Assembly: GCF_006345805.1 (NCBI RefSeq)
Contig: NC_043013.1
Coordinates: 57,164,001 to 57,228,000 of the forward strand
Source: Octopus sinensis
Lineage: Eukaryota
Length of the DNA stretch: 64,000 bases
Direction: 5' to 3'
In this document: positions 1-13,329 of the stretch, one piece after another
Position numbering within the stretch: the stretch's first letter is position 1
Layout: each line of letters opens with the position of its first letter
Made by a program: the position numbers and the translations under genes
The notes under the pieces: generated by a model
Databases searched by the model: none
Seen by the model: the letters and a program-made list of their open reading frames with translations, nothing else
What the model was told of the DNA's origin: nothing

Positions 1-100
1 CCACTCACAAGCTGGCCTGGGGATATACCTAAAGACATTTGCCCAAGGTGCCATGCAGTAGATCTGAACCCGACAACGTGTGGTTTACAAATCAGAAACC
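1..100 (-). mobile_element. Family B SINE head fragment (cut by window edge)
   Basis: CCACTCACAAG..TTGCCCAAGGTGCCA..CTGAACCC..TGTGGTT matches 55440-55530. Confidence 0.6.
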
Positions 101-3100
101 ATGTTTTTAATCACACGATATGACTGCGTCTAAGGCAACGTTAATCGTATTGTGATTTGAACTCAGAATGCAGACATCCAGGACAAATAACAGAAAGAAT
201 TCTACGTAACACGGTAGTAACTCAATTTATACATCGTCCTTCCCATCTCTGCCACAGAAAGCTCCCCCCGCTTTCTGTTTCCGGTAAGACACAGATTCTG
301 ATTAGTAGTTGTTGAAGTAATGCGTTTGTGGATAGTTCATGGGTTGGATGCATGCTGACGAAAGAGCAATAACACCCGAAATATACACATACACATTTTT
401 TCCTTTTTCGATCTTCGATCCCATTGTTTACGTAGACGTATTCACATCCGAAAGATCGCAACTTTCAGAGTTGTCTCTAATTTCTATACATAAAACTGTA
501 CATATAAACTTAAAAAGTGATAGATTCTGAATATTGCAGATCTAAATATTGATAGTGAAATGGGTTTATAGTCGTGTGCAAATCAATTCATTACAGCCAA
601 CTGTTTAATTGGGAAACGTTTAGTTAGAAATTGGACCTGTAGTCAGCCAGGTCAATTGAGGTTGTGTGCTTAACTCATACTAAACAACGGGGAAATATCT
701 AAGTGGTTATTTAAACTGCTATAAGAGCAACAGAAGTTCACCCGCAAACTAATACATTAACCATGTAATAATATTAAATACAATTAAATGTTAATGTTGA
801 TTTCTATGTTGTGGGTGGGCATCAGAGTGGGAGAAGAGCAACAACTGAGACACACTAAAGTATGGCACGGAATAACAGAACATACCTTTACACAACCATA
901 AAATACAAACAACAACAGTAACAACATTTGCAACAATAACTTATAAACAACAAAAACAACAACAACAACAACAATAATAATAATAATGATAATAATAATA
1001 GTAATAATTCAAAGAAAAATATTAAATCTTTGAAGATAAGGGTGTAGTTGAAAGTATTGATTTACTGGGAGATGATTCATGTTTTTCGTATATTTTCCAT
1101 TTTCTAGAAGATTCCGGAATGTGATATATTTATTTATGTATTTGTTTATGTATTTATATACGATATCAAAAGACCTTATGTTTTATCGTATTTCTTTTTT
1201 TCTTATCTGTTGTTTATGGAACAGCAGGGGTGGGGGTGTGCCTTTATTGTTATTGTGTTATATTCTGCTGTTTTATGTTATATATTCTATTTCGTTTTTA
1301 TTTTATTTATTCTTTCACTTTAAATTTCAGTCAGCTTCAGATGTCTGAAATGATTGATAATAATCATCTCACTTTAACAAATATCAAAACTATACGACAA
1401 CAACCATAATAAACAACAATAATTTATATATTAGCCACAAGGACCCACATATAAGATACAAATAAAGCAATGAATAGGGGTTCACACAGTGTATAGGGAC
1501 GTAGATTTAGGTTATAAATGCGAGATGAGGCAAAAACATAAAAACAGTGTATATAATGTCAGCTTTAAATTTCGAAAGACAAATCAAATTTCAATAAATA
1601 CAATTAGGGTAACCCATCGAGGGTGGGGTGGGGGCGGGAAGAAGCTCTCAAACAATGGTTCAAAGAACTTCATAACCTTAAATATCGATCACTCACATCA
1701 CCTTCAAAACTGGGTTCTCCAAAGTTGCCCCCACTCAGCTTCTTCAACCTGAACTCTGAAGGGCCCAACATCGCAAAGATTATAAACCCACAGCTGTCGA
1801 AAGCTCTTTTGTGATCTTTTTTAGCCATGTATTATTTAGGAGCCTCTGCTACACATCCACTACATAGACTTTTCAAAAGTCAAGACAGCATTTGGTTCTG
1901 TTTTAAATCTAAGATTTCATTAAACTTTCATTTGTCTTTTGGATCACGGAAAATCCAAGAATTCCGTTGCCGTGGGCACTTCTTTGTAATCGTGTTCCAG
2001 CGTGTTGTTTGTATTCGTCGTTTACCTGGGATTATTATGCGTTGCCTCTCTTTCACTTCTCTCATTCGTCAGTTTCAATCGACTCATCATCACAAGATAA
2101 AAAATATCTATAGATTCTAGCAGATCCTCTGCTAGAGTGGAGTGGGGATGGATCGTTAGTTTCTTGGCCACCATTGTTTTCTGGAATTGGTAACTGATAT
2201 GTCCCGCATTATGGCGACGTATTCCGTCGTCTGCATGACTGGCCCGTACGGCGTACCTCGCCCACTGACCCTGCTGCCTGCATCTGTCCACTATTTATCA
2301 GTAGGGGAACAGCCCACTTCTCACCAAACAGTAACAATGAGAAAAATGAACAATTTGAGTTTCTTCGGCCTTAGCTATGTTCGCAGCTGTCGCTGGTGGT
2401 GCTCTGAAAACAATAGGAACATCAATCATAGAAGCCGAATGTTTTATTAGCTCAGAGGGCTGTCAGAATTTTAGGTTGACTTTTGTTTCGAAGACAATAA
2501 AAACAAAGCCCAATGGATGGATGGATATGTCCAACGAATAGACAGAGAAAAGCTGAACGTTATTCTTTAACCTGCAAGAAACAGCAGCCAAATTTCTTAC
2601 AAATTAAACCCCATAATCTATGTAAATAAATAAAACCCACTGGATGCTGCAGTGCTAGATATACCAAAGGATGTGATGGCCATGGAAAGATTATCTTTTG
2701 TCATATGCTTTCTCAGAACTGACTGACCTAAAGATAAACAATAACATCTACAGCAAAATAAAAAAAAATGGATCAACAAATTGCAGCCGCAGCACCACCA
2801 CCATCATTATCCTCGTCGTCTTTATACTCATCCTTTAACATCCATCTTTAATGCTGGAATGCGTTGCATCTTGTTAATATGTATTTGTGAATTTGGAGGC
2901 ATCTTTGGTGGAAGTTTGTCACATTTTGTTGTCTTTTTAACCGATGGTTGATCTACTAATTGTAGCAGCCTAATCCATTTTCTAATCCATTTCTGCTATT
3001 TAAAGAAATAAATGAAAGGTGATAATATGGTCCTAGCAACTCAATGTCAGATAAGTAAGGATAGCTCAGGAAGGAAAGTCTTCCGTTAGAGATCTTTACA

Positions 3101-3443
3101 GACAGGATCTGAGTCGAAATAACAGCAACTACTACTACTACTACCACTACTGATGCTGCTGCTGCTGCTGCTGCTGCTGCCGCCGCCATTACTGCTGCAG
3201 TTAAGACAGACATATGTATGTGGCAGCTGTATCTACTAAAAAAGCAGCCAAATAACCTTCAGCAACGTAAAGGAGTCATACACTGGAATAAGCCAAATTC
3301 CACACAAGTTTCTAGGAAATAAAAACGAACACCTTGATATCATCCCCATATGCAGGTGTCCAATAAAGGAAAGACACATTGGATACAAAAACGATGGAAT
3401 AAAAGGCTAGGTGGTCATATCCGGAATGTTTTTCATCTATATA

Positions 3444-3682
3444 TTTCCTTACTACCCACAAGGGGCTAAACATAGAGGGGACAAACAAGGACAGACAAAG
3501 GGACTAAGTCGATTATGTAATCGACTTAGTCCCCAGTGTGAAACTGGTACTTTATTTATCGACCCCGAAAGAATGAAAGGCAAAGTTGACCTAGGCGGAA
3601 TTTGAACTCAGAACGTAACGACAGACGAAATACCGCTAAGCATTTCGCCCGGCGTGCGAACGTTTCTGCCAGTTCACCGCCT
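3444..3682 (-). mobile_element. tRNA-derived SINE, family A
   Basis: Minus strand has an A-box-like TGGCAGAAACG, B-box GAGTTCAAATTCC and central GCCTTTCATTCTTTCGGGGTCGATAAA. Shared with copies at 10.3 and 14.8 kb. Confidence 0.85.
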
Positions 3683-4672
3683 AATGTTGTTTATCTATAG
3701 GTCTAACTTGAGACCAAACAACAGCAGCAGCAGAGGAACAACTGTAAAGAGTGCATCCCTAGAGACAGCGTTATATCTTTAAATAATATGAGTAAATTGT
3801 CGTGGGTGGACTGCCTTTGATCATAGTCGTGTTGTATCAGAGGCTGAAAGTGGTTGAGCCCCAGTACTAACAACAAAAACAATATTAACAATGGGGGACA
3901 TTGAACAAAGTAGTCGTCGGTAGACTGTGGTTGAAGGAGAAACAAATGAAACGATAGGGTTGTGGTGGTCATAACTGGAACAGCTTTGATCATCGGTATG
4001 TTAGATCCGGGCTGAACTGGGGATAAGCAACAATAACAACAACTGCTAGGCATTTTATTGAACCCCTACAAGGAAATAGATTTATAATGATCGAATATTG
4101 ATTAATGGTGGTCATAAAGTGAGCTGTTTTGACATGTCTACTCCATAAATATTGTCTTCACACTTTAGCGGTGATGACAGCGGAAATAAAAGCAGAAACA
4201 TTGTACGATGATAGAAAAGAGAAATAATCAAAACTCTCCCTCCCCCTCTTTTCTCTCTCTTTCTCTCAATACACACTCACACACGTATGATGCAAAGGTA
4301 AGCGTTAAAAAGAACAACAAAGGGAGAAACAAACTTTGACAACTATGGTATTCGCTTAACGCTTCGTTGGGGAGAGAGAGAAAGAAAAAATGAGACATTG
4401 ACGGAAAGAGAGAAAGAAAGAGTGTGAGACATGAAGTTTAAGATGTTCATATGGATAAATATATGTGTGTGTGTGACTATAAATACGCTTATGTGTATAC
4501 GTATATGTTTCTCTATCTGTGTGTAAACGCTTTTAAAATCAAATGCATCAACAAAGCTCTGATGAAGCTCTGAAACTCTAGACCATCACTTGTAACAGAG
4601 ACAAGGCACTTGTAGCTGAAAGAGATAAAAATTACGTATCTATAGTGTTTAGTCATTTATTAATTAACTGAT

Positions 4673-4720
<48 letters not shown>

Positions 4721-4853
4721 AGGATGAAAGGGAACACACGAGTTGATATATATGGGAAAAAATTGTTACAGTTGAGAAAGTCTCAATGACTGAAACCGGT
4801 ACTGAAATATTTTTATAAAATTATTTTAGCATTTTCTATCTTGAATTTTTTTT

Positions 4854-4892
<39 letters not shown>

Positions 4893-4895
<3 letters not shown>

Positions 4896-5340
4896 ACAAT
4901 CAAGGAACGGCCATAATAGGCCATTCACCCACTAGAAATAACAGCCAAAGCTTCAACCGCAAATAAAAATCAATTCCGTAAACAGGAGAAAATTTAAAAA
5001 ACATTTACCCTGTAATTTCTTATACGATGCACCGTTTCATCTGCTGTTTAATGGTAAACTAACCTGATTAAATTAAATCAGGCCAATCTTCCATAGGCCG
5101 TCAGATTCTTCAGTAAGAAATAGCCACAAGTCGGAACAGATATTTTCACGAGGCATTTCCGACCCTGCCAAGGTAATATCTGACCTAAAATTTTCAAATC
5201 ATCGCACTCGCGCCAAATTTATCGGCAGCAAATAAATATAAGCCGTCGATTCCATTACGGAATTAACCAGAAAATTCATAATTAATCAATATAGGGTGGC
5301 AAAAAAATTTTGTAGAATTTTTTTGCCACCAGCGGCCTAG
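4893..5340 (+). mobile_element. Probable non-autonomous Helitron-like element
   Basis: A|TC start, perfect 15-bp inverted repeat 5295-5330 ending 10 nt before a CTAG|T end, no TSD. Confidence 0.55.
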
Positions 5341-5383
5341 TGGGAAAAAATTAAATAGTCATAGACCATTTTTAAGTTCAACA

Positions 5384-5731
5384 TCAACAATCAAGGAACG
5401 GCCATAATAGGCCATTCACCCACTAGAAATAACAGCCAAAGCTTCAACCGCAAATAAAAATCAATTCCGTAAACAGGAGAAAATTTAAAAAACATTTACC
5501 CTGTAATTTCTTATACGATGCACCGTTTCATCTGCTGTTTAATGGTAAACTAACCTGATTAAATTAAATCAGGCCAATCTTCCATAGGCCCTCAGATTCT
5601 TCAGTAAGAAATAGCCACAAGTCGGAACAGATATTTTCACGAGGCATTTCCGACCCTGCCAAGGTAATATCTGACCTAAAATTTTCAAATCATCGCACTC
5701 GCGCCAAATTTATCGGCAGCAAATAAATATA
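5384..5731 (+). repeat. Direct duplicate of 4893-5240 (period 491 bp)
   Basis: Near-perfect match with one substitution seen (GGCCGTCAG vs GGCCCTCAG). Ends in (TA)n. Confidence 0.95.
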
Positions 5732-5757
5732 TATATTGATTAATTATAATATATATA

Positions 5758-5809
<52 letters not shown>

Positions 5810-6559
5810 TGTGGAATAAATGGGTTAAATCCTAATGTTGCTATATGACAATAACCTTTTCATTTTTATTTTTCATCCCATAATCATCACCATGCCTCTT
5901 GAAGACCCTTAACTCTCACTGAATGTGAAAGCATTCTTCCTTTTCAAAAATTATAAAGTTTTCACTATTTCGCTTAGTTTCCTCACTCCATTGCATGAAG
6001 AAAAATGTAATTACCCAATTAACAATTGGATGTATAAGAAATCAACCTTTAAAAAATAGCAGAGGGAAATTCGAATGTCTAAGATCGTCGAATAAAAGAC
6101 AAATCACAGTGATAAGGCTACATTATTATTCCATGTACATGTGCTTGCAGCTTCCCAGTATTGCACAGAATATAAAAATAAAAGGCTGATACCATGACAA
6201 AAGCTGAATACGGAATATTCTCTTGAACTGAAACTCCAAAATTTGTCTCGACATTGGAAAATTATGAGACAGGAATTAAGTAATTCCAATATTAATTATT
6301 TTCACTTTGTCTTTTCTATTTCATTCATACTCTCTCCTTTAATTTAGAAGGATGTCAGTAAGATGAATATAGATTTGTTAAAGAAAATAATGTATCTTGA
6401 ACGTCACAACAATCCACTTATCAACAATAGATTATAATAACTGTTGCAATTTAATCATCCATAGTCTGATATAATATTTTGGAATATAAAAATTCCTTCA
6501 GATATCGCTAGGAATTGATCGAGTCACTGCTATAATCGGTTCTCCAACGGTTTTTTTCT

Positions 6560-7135
6560 TCTTCTGGAAGCGTCTCTGCAGTGGTCTCACGAAGCTCCTT
6601 CCGAAATTTCTCATGAGAAGCTTGTGTGTGCTGGCACTTCTAAGTTATATATTATACGTGCAGTTTTTCTTTTTCTTCTTTTTTTTACTATATATTACAC
6701 GCGCATGTTATCAAAAATGAACCTACACGCATCCAGATGTAGCTAAATAATATACTGACTGCCAACCTGCAGCCTGTTGCTAATTTGGGGAAGTAATCCG
6801 TCTATGAGAATAGCTTCCTTAATTCTTACATTACCCAAATTTCTTTCATTGGCCTCAATTGTGACTGTTATGCTTTCGTCTGTGTTCCGGCATCTGTCTA
6901 GATGTTTTCTGAAGGAGGAGGCTCGCGTGTTCAGATGTTCTTTGATGCAAATGTGTAATGGTCTTGTTGTGCTACCCACATAGAACTTGTTACATTTGTT
7001 ACATTGTATTCTATACACAACATTTACTCCTTAGCATAAATCTTTGTCACGGATGGGGCAGCTTGCTGCATCTGTTACAGAAACAATTGTAGCGAATCAT
7101 TAAAGATGTGTTAAAGAATTTCTTTGTTTCTTATT
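6560..7135 (-). mobile_element. Penelope-like element fragment, GIY-YIG endonuclease end
   Basis: CPIRDKDLC*GVNVVYRIQCNKCNKFYVGSTTRPLHICIKEH...RIKEAILI..LLPQISN matches the PLE GIY-YIG pattern VYxIxCxxCxxxYVGxTxRxLxxRxxEH...E..LI..P.N. Confidence 0.82.
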
Positions 7136-7141
7136 ATCTGG

Positions 7142-7143
<2 letters not shown>

Positions 7144-7234
<91 letters not shown>
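7144..7234. repeat. (TA)n microsatellite (one of many TA/CA tracts, e.g. 4856-4892, 17040-17220, 17675-17740, 19250-19340, 48330-48415, 57950-58030)
   Basis: Direct reading. Confidence 0.95.
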
Positions 7235-7235
<1 letters not shown>

Positions 7236-9075
7236 TACGTAGAAAATAGCTGATCCGTTCACTTTCTGCGATTATCGGTGTCATTATTTCATTTCCAGTA
7301 ATCTATTATCGGTTTATAAATGAAGTACTCTTGTTCAATGGCCATCGATTAAATTGTTGGTTACTTTTTAAAAGCACCATGCACAAAGGTGAATTTCCTT
7401 CAGTATTCATAAAAGATAATGAACTGCAGGAAATTATTTTGTTCGCACGTAAAGTTTGTGGCAACGCACATTTCAGATAGTTAGGGGGGAAAATCAATTG
7501 AAATAATATACTCTCGATTATGCATCGAGTACTCACTCGTCTTTGTTGCATATATTTATACATACATATACACAGCATATTTCTTTATTATTTCCTCCTC
7601 ACTAATTCTTTAATATATCTTTTTTTTATTTTACTTACCACCGCCATCATGGTGCTAACGTTGCTGGGTTAGGCACTTGAAATATTAGTGATGTTGTAGT
7701 TGTTGATGGTGGTATTGTTGGTGATGGTGACTCTGGTGTTTAGAAATGAAGATGGTAATATTGGTGGTTATATAAATGTAAAGCTTTGGTGGTAGCGATA
7801 GCGTTGGGGGAAAGTTATTCACAGCGGTGATTGCCATAATGTTGCAGAGGTTGAGGTTGATTTGCTTGGAGTAGGCTGCCTTTGATTTGTTAGTATGTGC
7901 GGTGATGAAGCTGGCCAGCTTAGGCATAATGATGCTGACCCTCTTACTGATGATGCTAGCGTTACTGGGGATGTTGCACTGTTGAGGGTGTCAGCAATAG
8001 CGGAAAAAGACAAAGAGACTGTGATAGACTTTGTATGTATTGTTAGTAATTTTGTTAGTAGCAGTAGTCGTGGAGGTACTAGTGGTGGTGGTGGTGGTGG
8101 TATTGGAAGGAGGAGTGTAAATAGTGACATTAAGGTAGAGGAGTTGGTGGTGATAATGTTGTAAGTCTCAGAGTAGAAATAAATCAGGTTAGCCATAAAA
8201 GATGAAGGAATCTATTTCTATCGCATTATTACATTTATGCTTTCTATTCAATTGTAACGAGGTAAATACTGTAGACTTACATATGCAGACAACGGATACA
8301 GAATATATATATATATATATATATATACATACACCCTCACAAATATATGTGTATGTGGGCGTGTGTGTGTGCTTGTGTATTTGTATACATATATACACAC
8401 AAACACAACCATACACACGCATACACATATATAGAAATGTATCATATATGCATATAAATATATATGAAAAAAATGATTAGAAAAAATGTCAATGCATATG
8501 TGTGTGTATCTCTGTGTGTGTGTGTATGCCATCGCTGACTATATATATCTGTATCTCTACTGTGTTTACTTTGGTACAACTCTATATACATAGATATTAC
8601 ATATATATGTGCATACATGCGTGTGTGTGTATAGCTTGTCTGCAGTAGCTCTTTACTCATATACTTTTAAATTACCGTTGCATTCATCAAAAATCTTAAT
8701 CATATAATGAACAACTAACTATAATTTTATACCCGTCTGCGTGTTAGCGTGTTTAAATTTAGGCATCTTAATGCACGTGGCTGGGTCTCACCGCACCCAG
8801 GGCTAAGCTCAGCTTTGCCATGTCAGTTTATAAGATTTCCGTTGAAATCATACACTTATTTCATTAACGATAAAAGTGAAAATTATAAACACACACACAC
8901 ACACACAGATTAATTTGAATGAAATTCCGATGACGGCTGAGATGACCAAAATTTCGAAGTCACTGCCAATACTATTTTTTTAAAAAGAATAAGTTGCTAC
9001 TCTTTAAGAGAATGGAGTAACCCATCAGATTTAATGTAAAAGTGCTTTTATTATAACTGGACATAAAAAATATTA

Positions 9076-9081
<6 letters not shown>

Positions 9082-9114
<33 letters not shown>

Positions 9115-9175
9115 TGTGTGTGTGTGCGCGCATGCATGTGTATTATAACTGAACATGAAATAAACATAAATATCA

Positions 9176-9239
<64 letters not shown>

Positions 9240-9274
9240 CTATATATATATACTCACACACACACACATATTTA

Positions 9275-9305
<31 letters not shown>

Positions 9306-9430
9306 GAATGTATGTATGTGTGAGTATAGATATATATATATGTTTGTGTGTATGAGTATATATATATATTTATCTTTATATATGATTATGCTTATAAACA
9401 TATTTATGTATGTGTGTGTGTGTGTGTGAA
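9082..9430. repeat. Compound (TG)n/(TATC)n/(TA)n microsatellite block
   Basis: Direct reading. Confidence 0.9.
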
Positions 9431-10078
9431 TGTATGTACATATATATACGCTCGTACAAGCAGACCTATGCGAATAAAATTACAGGTTGTTGTCAGTAGA
9501 GTCGGGAAAGCTCCAGGTAATATATGCATGACTTACATTTTCCCCGAAGGCACAGGTAATCGTCCTTGAATCATTGCTCAGTAATGAAACTTTAGTAAAA
9601 CATATTTTAGTCTTCTGTGGTAAAAAGATTGCACGTATTATTCTTCTGCATCTTTGTTTCGAGGGAGCAAGGCAGATATGCTACTCGTATCTGCACTCGG
9701 TCTGCTTAGGAGGTTGTTGTGTCCTAGCATATGTATTATTTGATAGTAAATTTCAAAATCTAGCTGCAGCTGTAGATATAGATTTGCCACATAAATAACA
9801 ATCCTGCATAATAAAAGGATTATGAAATATCTCTGCTGTGTACTCTCCGGTCATGCAAACATTTTGAACTTGTGAAGTTTCCATTATATAACTCCTTTGA
9901 AAGTGATGGTAAATGATGCCAAGGGAAAAGTAATACTGGAGTGGCACTTTATCAGACTAGCGTCAAGTCGGGCGATTGTACATTAGGTAATGTCGTAGCT
10001 TTTCACATTGTTCGATTTAAAAGCTCACGACTTGATATTTATCGAAGTGCCTCTCCAATGTAATCACCTACAAATATT

Positions 10079-10512
10079 TTTCTTTATTTCTACTCTAGGC
10101 ACAAGGCCAGAAATTTTGGGGGAGGAAGCAGTCGATTAGATCGACTCCAGTACGCAACTAGTACTTAATTTATTGACCCCGAAAGGATGAAAGGCAAAGT
10201 CGCCCTCGGCGGAATTTGAACTCGGAACGTAAAGACAGACGAAATACCGCTATGCATTTCGCCCAGCGTGCTAACATTTCTTATTTCTTTATTGCCCACA
10301 AGGAGCTAAACACAGAGGGGACAAACAAGGACAGACAAACGGATTAAGTCGATTATATCGACCCCAGTGCGTAACTGGTACTTAATTTATCGACCCCGAA
10401 AGGATGAAAGGCAAAGTCGACCTCGGCGGAATTTGAACTCAGAACGTAGCGGCAGATGAAATACCGCTAAGCATTTCGTCCGGCGCGCTAAGGTTTCTGC
10501 CAGCTCGCCGCC
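10079..10512 (-). mobile_element. Dimer of family A SINEs flanked by a 17-bp target-site duplication
   Basis: Two copies with different tails. AATCACCTACAAATATT (10062-10078) vs AATCACCTACATATATT (10513-10529). Confidence 0.85.
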
Positions 10513-10984
10513 AATCACCTACATATATTGCTTAACTTTTCACATCGAATCATGTGCAACAGCATTAGAAATTGAGTGGTTGACGAACCACTGCAACCAG
10601 TATTAATAATGTGCCAAATTCACGTATCGTCTTCTTGTATATGTTACTCTTCGTAAGACCCACTAGCTGCTTGTACCTGTGATGTATCTGGTGTTTCAGT
10701 AGCTGTTAACTTTGAATTTTTCTGAAGACTTCAGCTTGAGAGTATTGATAGCCAAGAATTCGAGTGCTGCATTGGAAATACACCGAGTTTTCTACCTTGT
10801 GTGTACCCAGGATGTGTGCATGTATGCTAGTATGTATGCAGGTGTGTATATGCCTGTATGTATTTGTGTTTAATAGTTCACAGAGGGTTCTTAGTGAAGC
10901 TCAGATTTCACAGACCACTTTAGGACTGAGAATATAAAGGGAGACAGCTGAATATGTTAAACCCTTTGGTCAAATATTAGTTTG

Positions 10985-11192
10985 AAGTTTTGACAGAAAG
11001 CCAACAATTGCGGGGAAGGGGTTTAGTCGATGACATCGACCTCAGCGCTGGATTGGTACTTAATTTATGGATCCTGAAAGGATGGCAGGCAAAGTTGAAT
11101 CCGGTGGCATTTGAACTCAGAACAGATTGTCGGAAGAAAAACTGCTAAGTGGTTTATTCGGCGCGGAACCGATTCAGTCAGCTCGCCACCTT
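10985..11192 (-). mobile_element. Family A SINE, diverged
   Basis: GGTACTTAATTTAT..GAAAGGATG..GGCAAAG..ATTTGAACTCAGAAC..GCTCGCCACC. Confidence 0.7.
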
Positions 11193-11684
11193 AAATTGGT
11201 CAAATACATCTGCCAATTCTGCAACACCCGTCTTCCACCCTGAAGGATACTTGAACAGCGCCAAAGAAAGAGCTTTTATATGGTCAATCAACCAGCTAGA
11301 AATAACAGCCAAATATTTCTCAGATCAGATCTTATCTTAAAAACAAACAGAACATATGTCTTAGACATAATATAAACAGGATTTTCATAGTAGAAACATG
11401 TTATTAAAAACCTGTACAATCAACATTGAGTTATGGTTAATAAAAAGGAATAACATTGCTAAATACAAATAGATTTAAGATGATTCAGTGATTATTTTTG
11501 ATTTATCATTCATTACAAAGCTTATGGCGTTGGCAAGGCCAAATGGTAGTTTGGTATATGAACACAATTTCCCCAAAACGTGAAAAAGTCTAAAGAAAGT
11601 CTTTGTAAGCGGTGGCTCATAACAGCCATTATTCCTGTGGACCTTGGTAATTAATAATAGTCGTGATCTTATAGATTAGAGGTC

Positions 11685-11890
11685 TTAAATTTTGGCACTA
11701 AGCGAGTAATTTGAGGGGAGGAGGTACGTTGCTAATATCAAGGGACATAACTGGTATTTATTTTATCGTCTCCGAAAGGATGAAAGGCAAAGTCGATCTC
11801 GGGGGAATTTTATCTCAGAACGTAAAGACGGATGAAATGCTGCTAAGCATTTTGTTCGGCTTGCTAAGGATTCCGTCAGTTCGCTGCCTT
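11685..11890 (-). mobile_element. Family A SINE, diverged
   Basis: CCGAAAGGATGAAAGGCAAAGTCGA..TCTCAGAACGTAAAGACGGATGAAATGC. Confidence 0.7.
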
Positions 11891-13261
11891 ATGAACCTGA
11901 ATATTGTAATTCGTTGTCGACAGACATTGGGAAATGAAACACCGAGAAACGTATACATTTTTGTCAATGGTTGAGAAATCAGTCGTAAAGTGTTAGCAGT
12001 GGATTTTGTGATCTTTTTGTTCTTCCAGGCTAATCTGTGTATTATGTGTCTATGACGAACATCTCCCCTACCTTGTAACATTATGTCTTTGCCATTCATT
12101 CTATTGTTTCCTACTTCACTGAGGTTCTAATGAGGTAGCTTAATTCTTGTGTTAAGCATTTTCAATGGTCTTTAGAATACTTTGACAAGGTTTATCAACA
12201 GGATATGACGTGATTAGAGTTAAATTACTGAAGAGCATAACAGGTGAAATCTTCAGGCAAGCATAATTAGATAACACTCGAAGAATTTCACGGGAGTTAA
12301 TGTTAATGTTGAAGCATGAAAATCTGTTCCAACATAACATCGAAGCAGAGGCTGTGAATAACTAACAGCGATTAGTGTTTGTACAACATTACAACACATC
12401 AAATGCTCACTTGCCGTACATTCCTGTATTTCAGGAAGCGAGATGTGTTGATGCCATCACAAGTTTGGCATCGTGTGGTTGATATCATACATTCTATTTG
12501 AATGATTTAATAACTAAACAATGTCGGTTTCGATAGCTGTCAGTATTTCCACTGGTAACCAAAGTTTGCACTAATGGATTGTTAATTACAATGCTAATGA
12601 GTGATGAAGACGAAGCGGAAAAAATTGACATAACTGAATGTATTAATGAGCTGGAAATAATGTTATTACGAGGTTTATAATGAAGTCCAATAAGCTGATT
12701 ATGTAGTTAACATCCGTCACTAAAAGGATCTTCCTTCCTTCTTACGCTTGGAAATTTTCTAGCCCCTCACATGGGACAATTTCTGAGACAGCCTTGACTG
12801 CATTCTTCACAAAGTGTAAGAAAAGCAACAATTACAGGAATAAATCGCTGCTTCGTGTCCTCAGTTGCAACGGTGTGGCATTTCAGTTGATATATGTATT
12901 ATAAAGGCTACTAGTTTTTGAATTAGCTTCAAGTTTTCGACTTGCGATACTGCTGTTTTCAAGTCCAGCGTTATATTTTTCAGTAGTCTGACGGTTATAC
13001 TGTTCACTTTATTCCGGAAATTAAACGGTCCATTATCAATTTTTTGTAAACAGTTCAGACGTCCATACTGGTGTGAGGCTGTAGTTTCTACCTGAGAGGT
13101 TCGAGGGTCTAGGAACTGAGCAGCACACCCAACAGGAATTTGTTTGCCAGTTAACAGCCCATGTCTTGTAAAACTTGCATTCATTGGTATATTGAATATA
13201 TCACATACACACACACAATCGTACCTACGTATGTATGTATATGTATATATGTATATGTAAG

Positions 13262-13327
13262 TATGTATACATACATACATACATACATACATACATACAT
13301 ACATACATACATACATACATACATACA
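13262..13327. repeat. (TACA)n tetranucleotide repeat
   Basis: Direct reading. Confidence 0.95.
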
Positions 13328-13329
13328 TG

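Noticed and set aside
258-283. 26-nt plus-strand micro-exon (CCACAG|...|GTAAGA)
   Set aside because: Too short to distinguish from chance without transcripts.
1640-2460. Hints of a HERO/NeSL-like RLE element on the minus strand (RRHN, KKITKELS)
   Set aside because: Words are scattered over frames with no intact motif, so it cannot be supported by eye.
4551-4590. CTGATGA-agctct-GAAAC hammerhead core
   Set aside because: No GUH cleavage triplet or helix I partner. Explained by an AAGCTCTGA tandem duplication.
12150-13160. Protein-like sequence upstream of the 13.4-kb hammerhead motif (PLE ORF relic?)
   Set aside because: Many stops and no RT or GIY-YIG motif recognisable on either strand.
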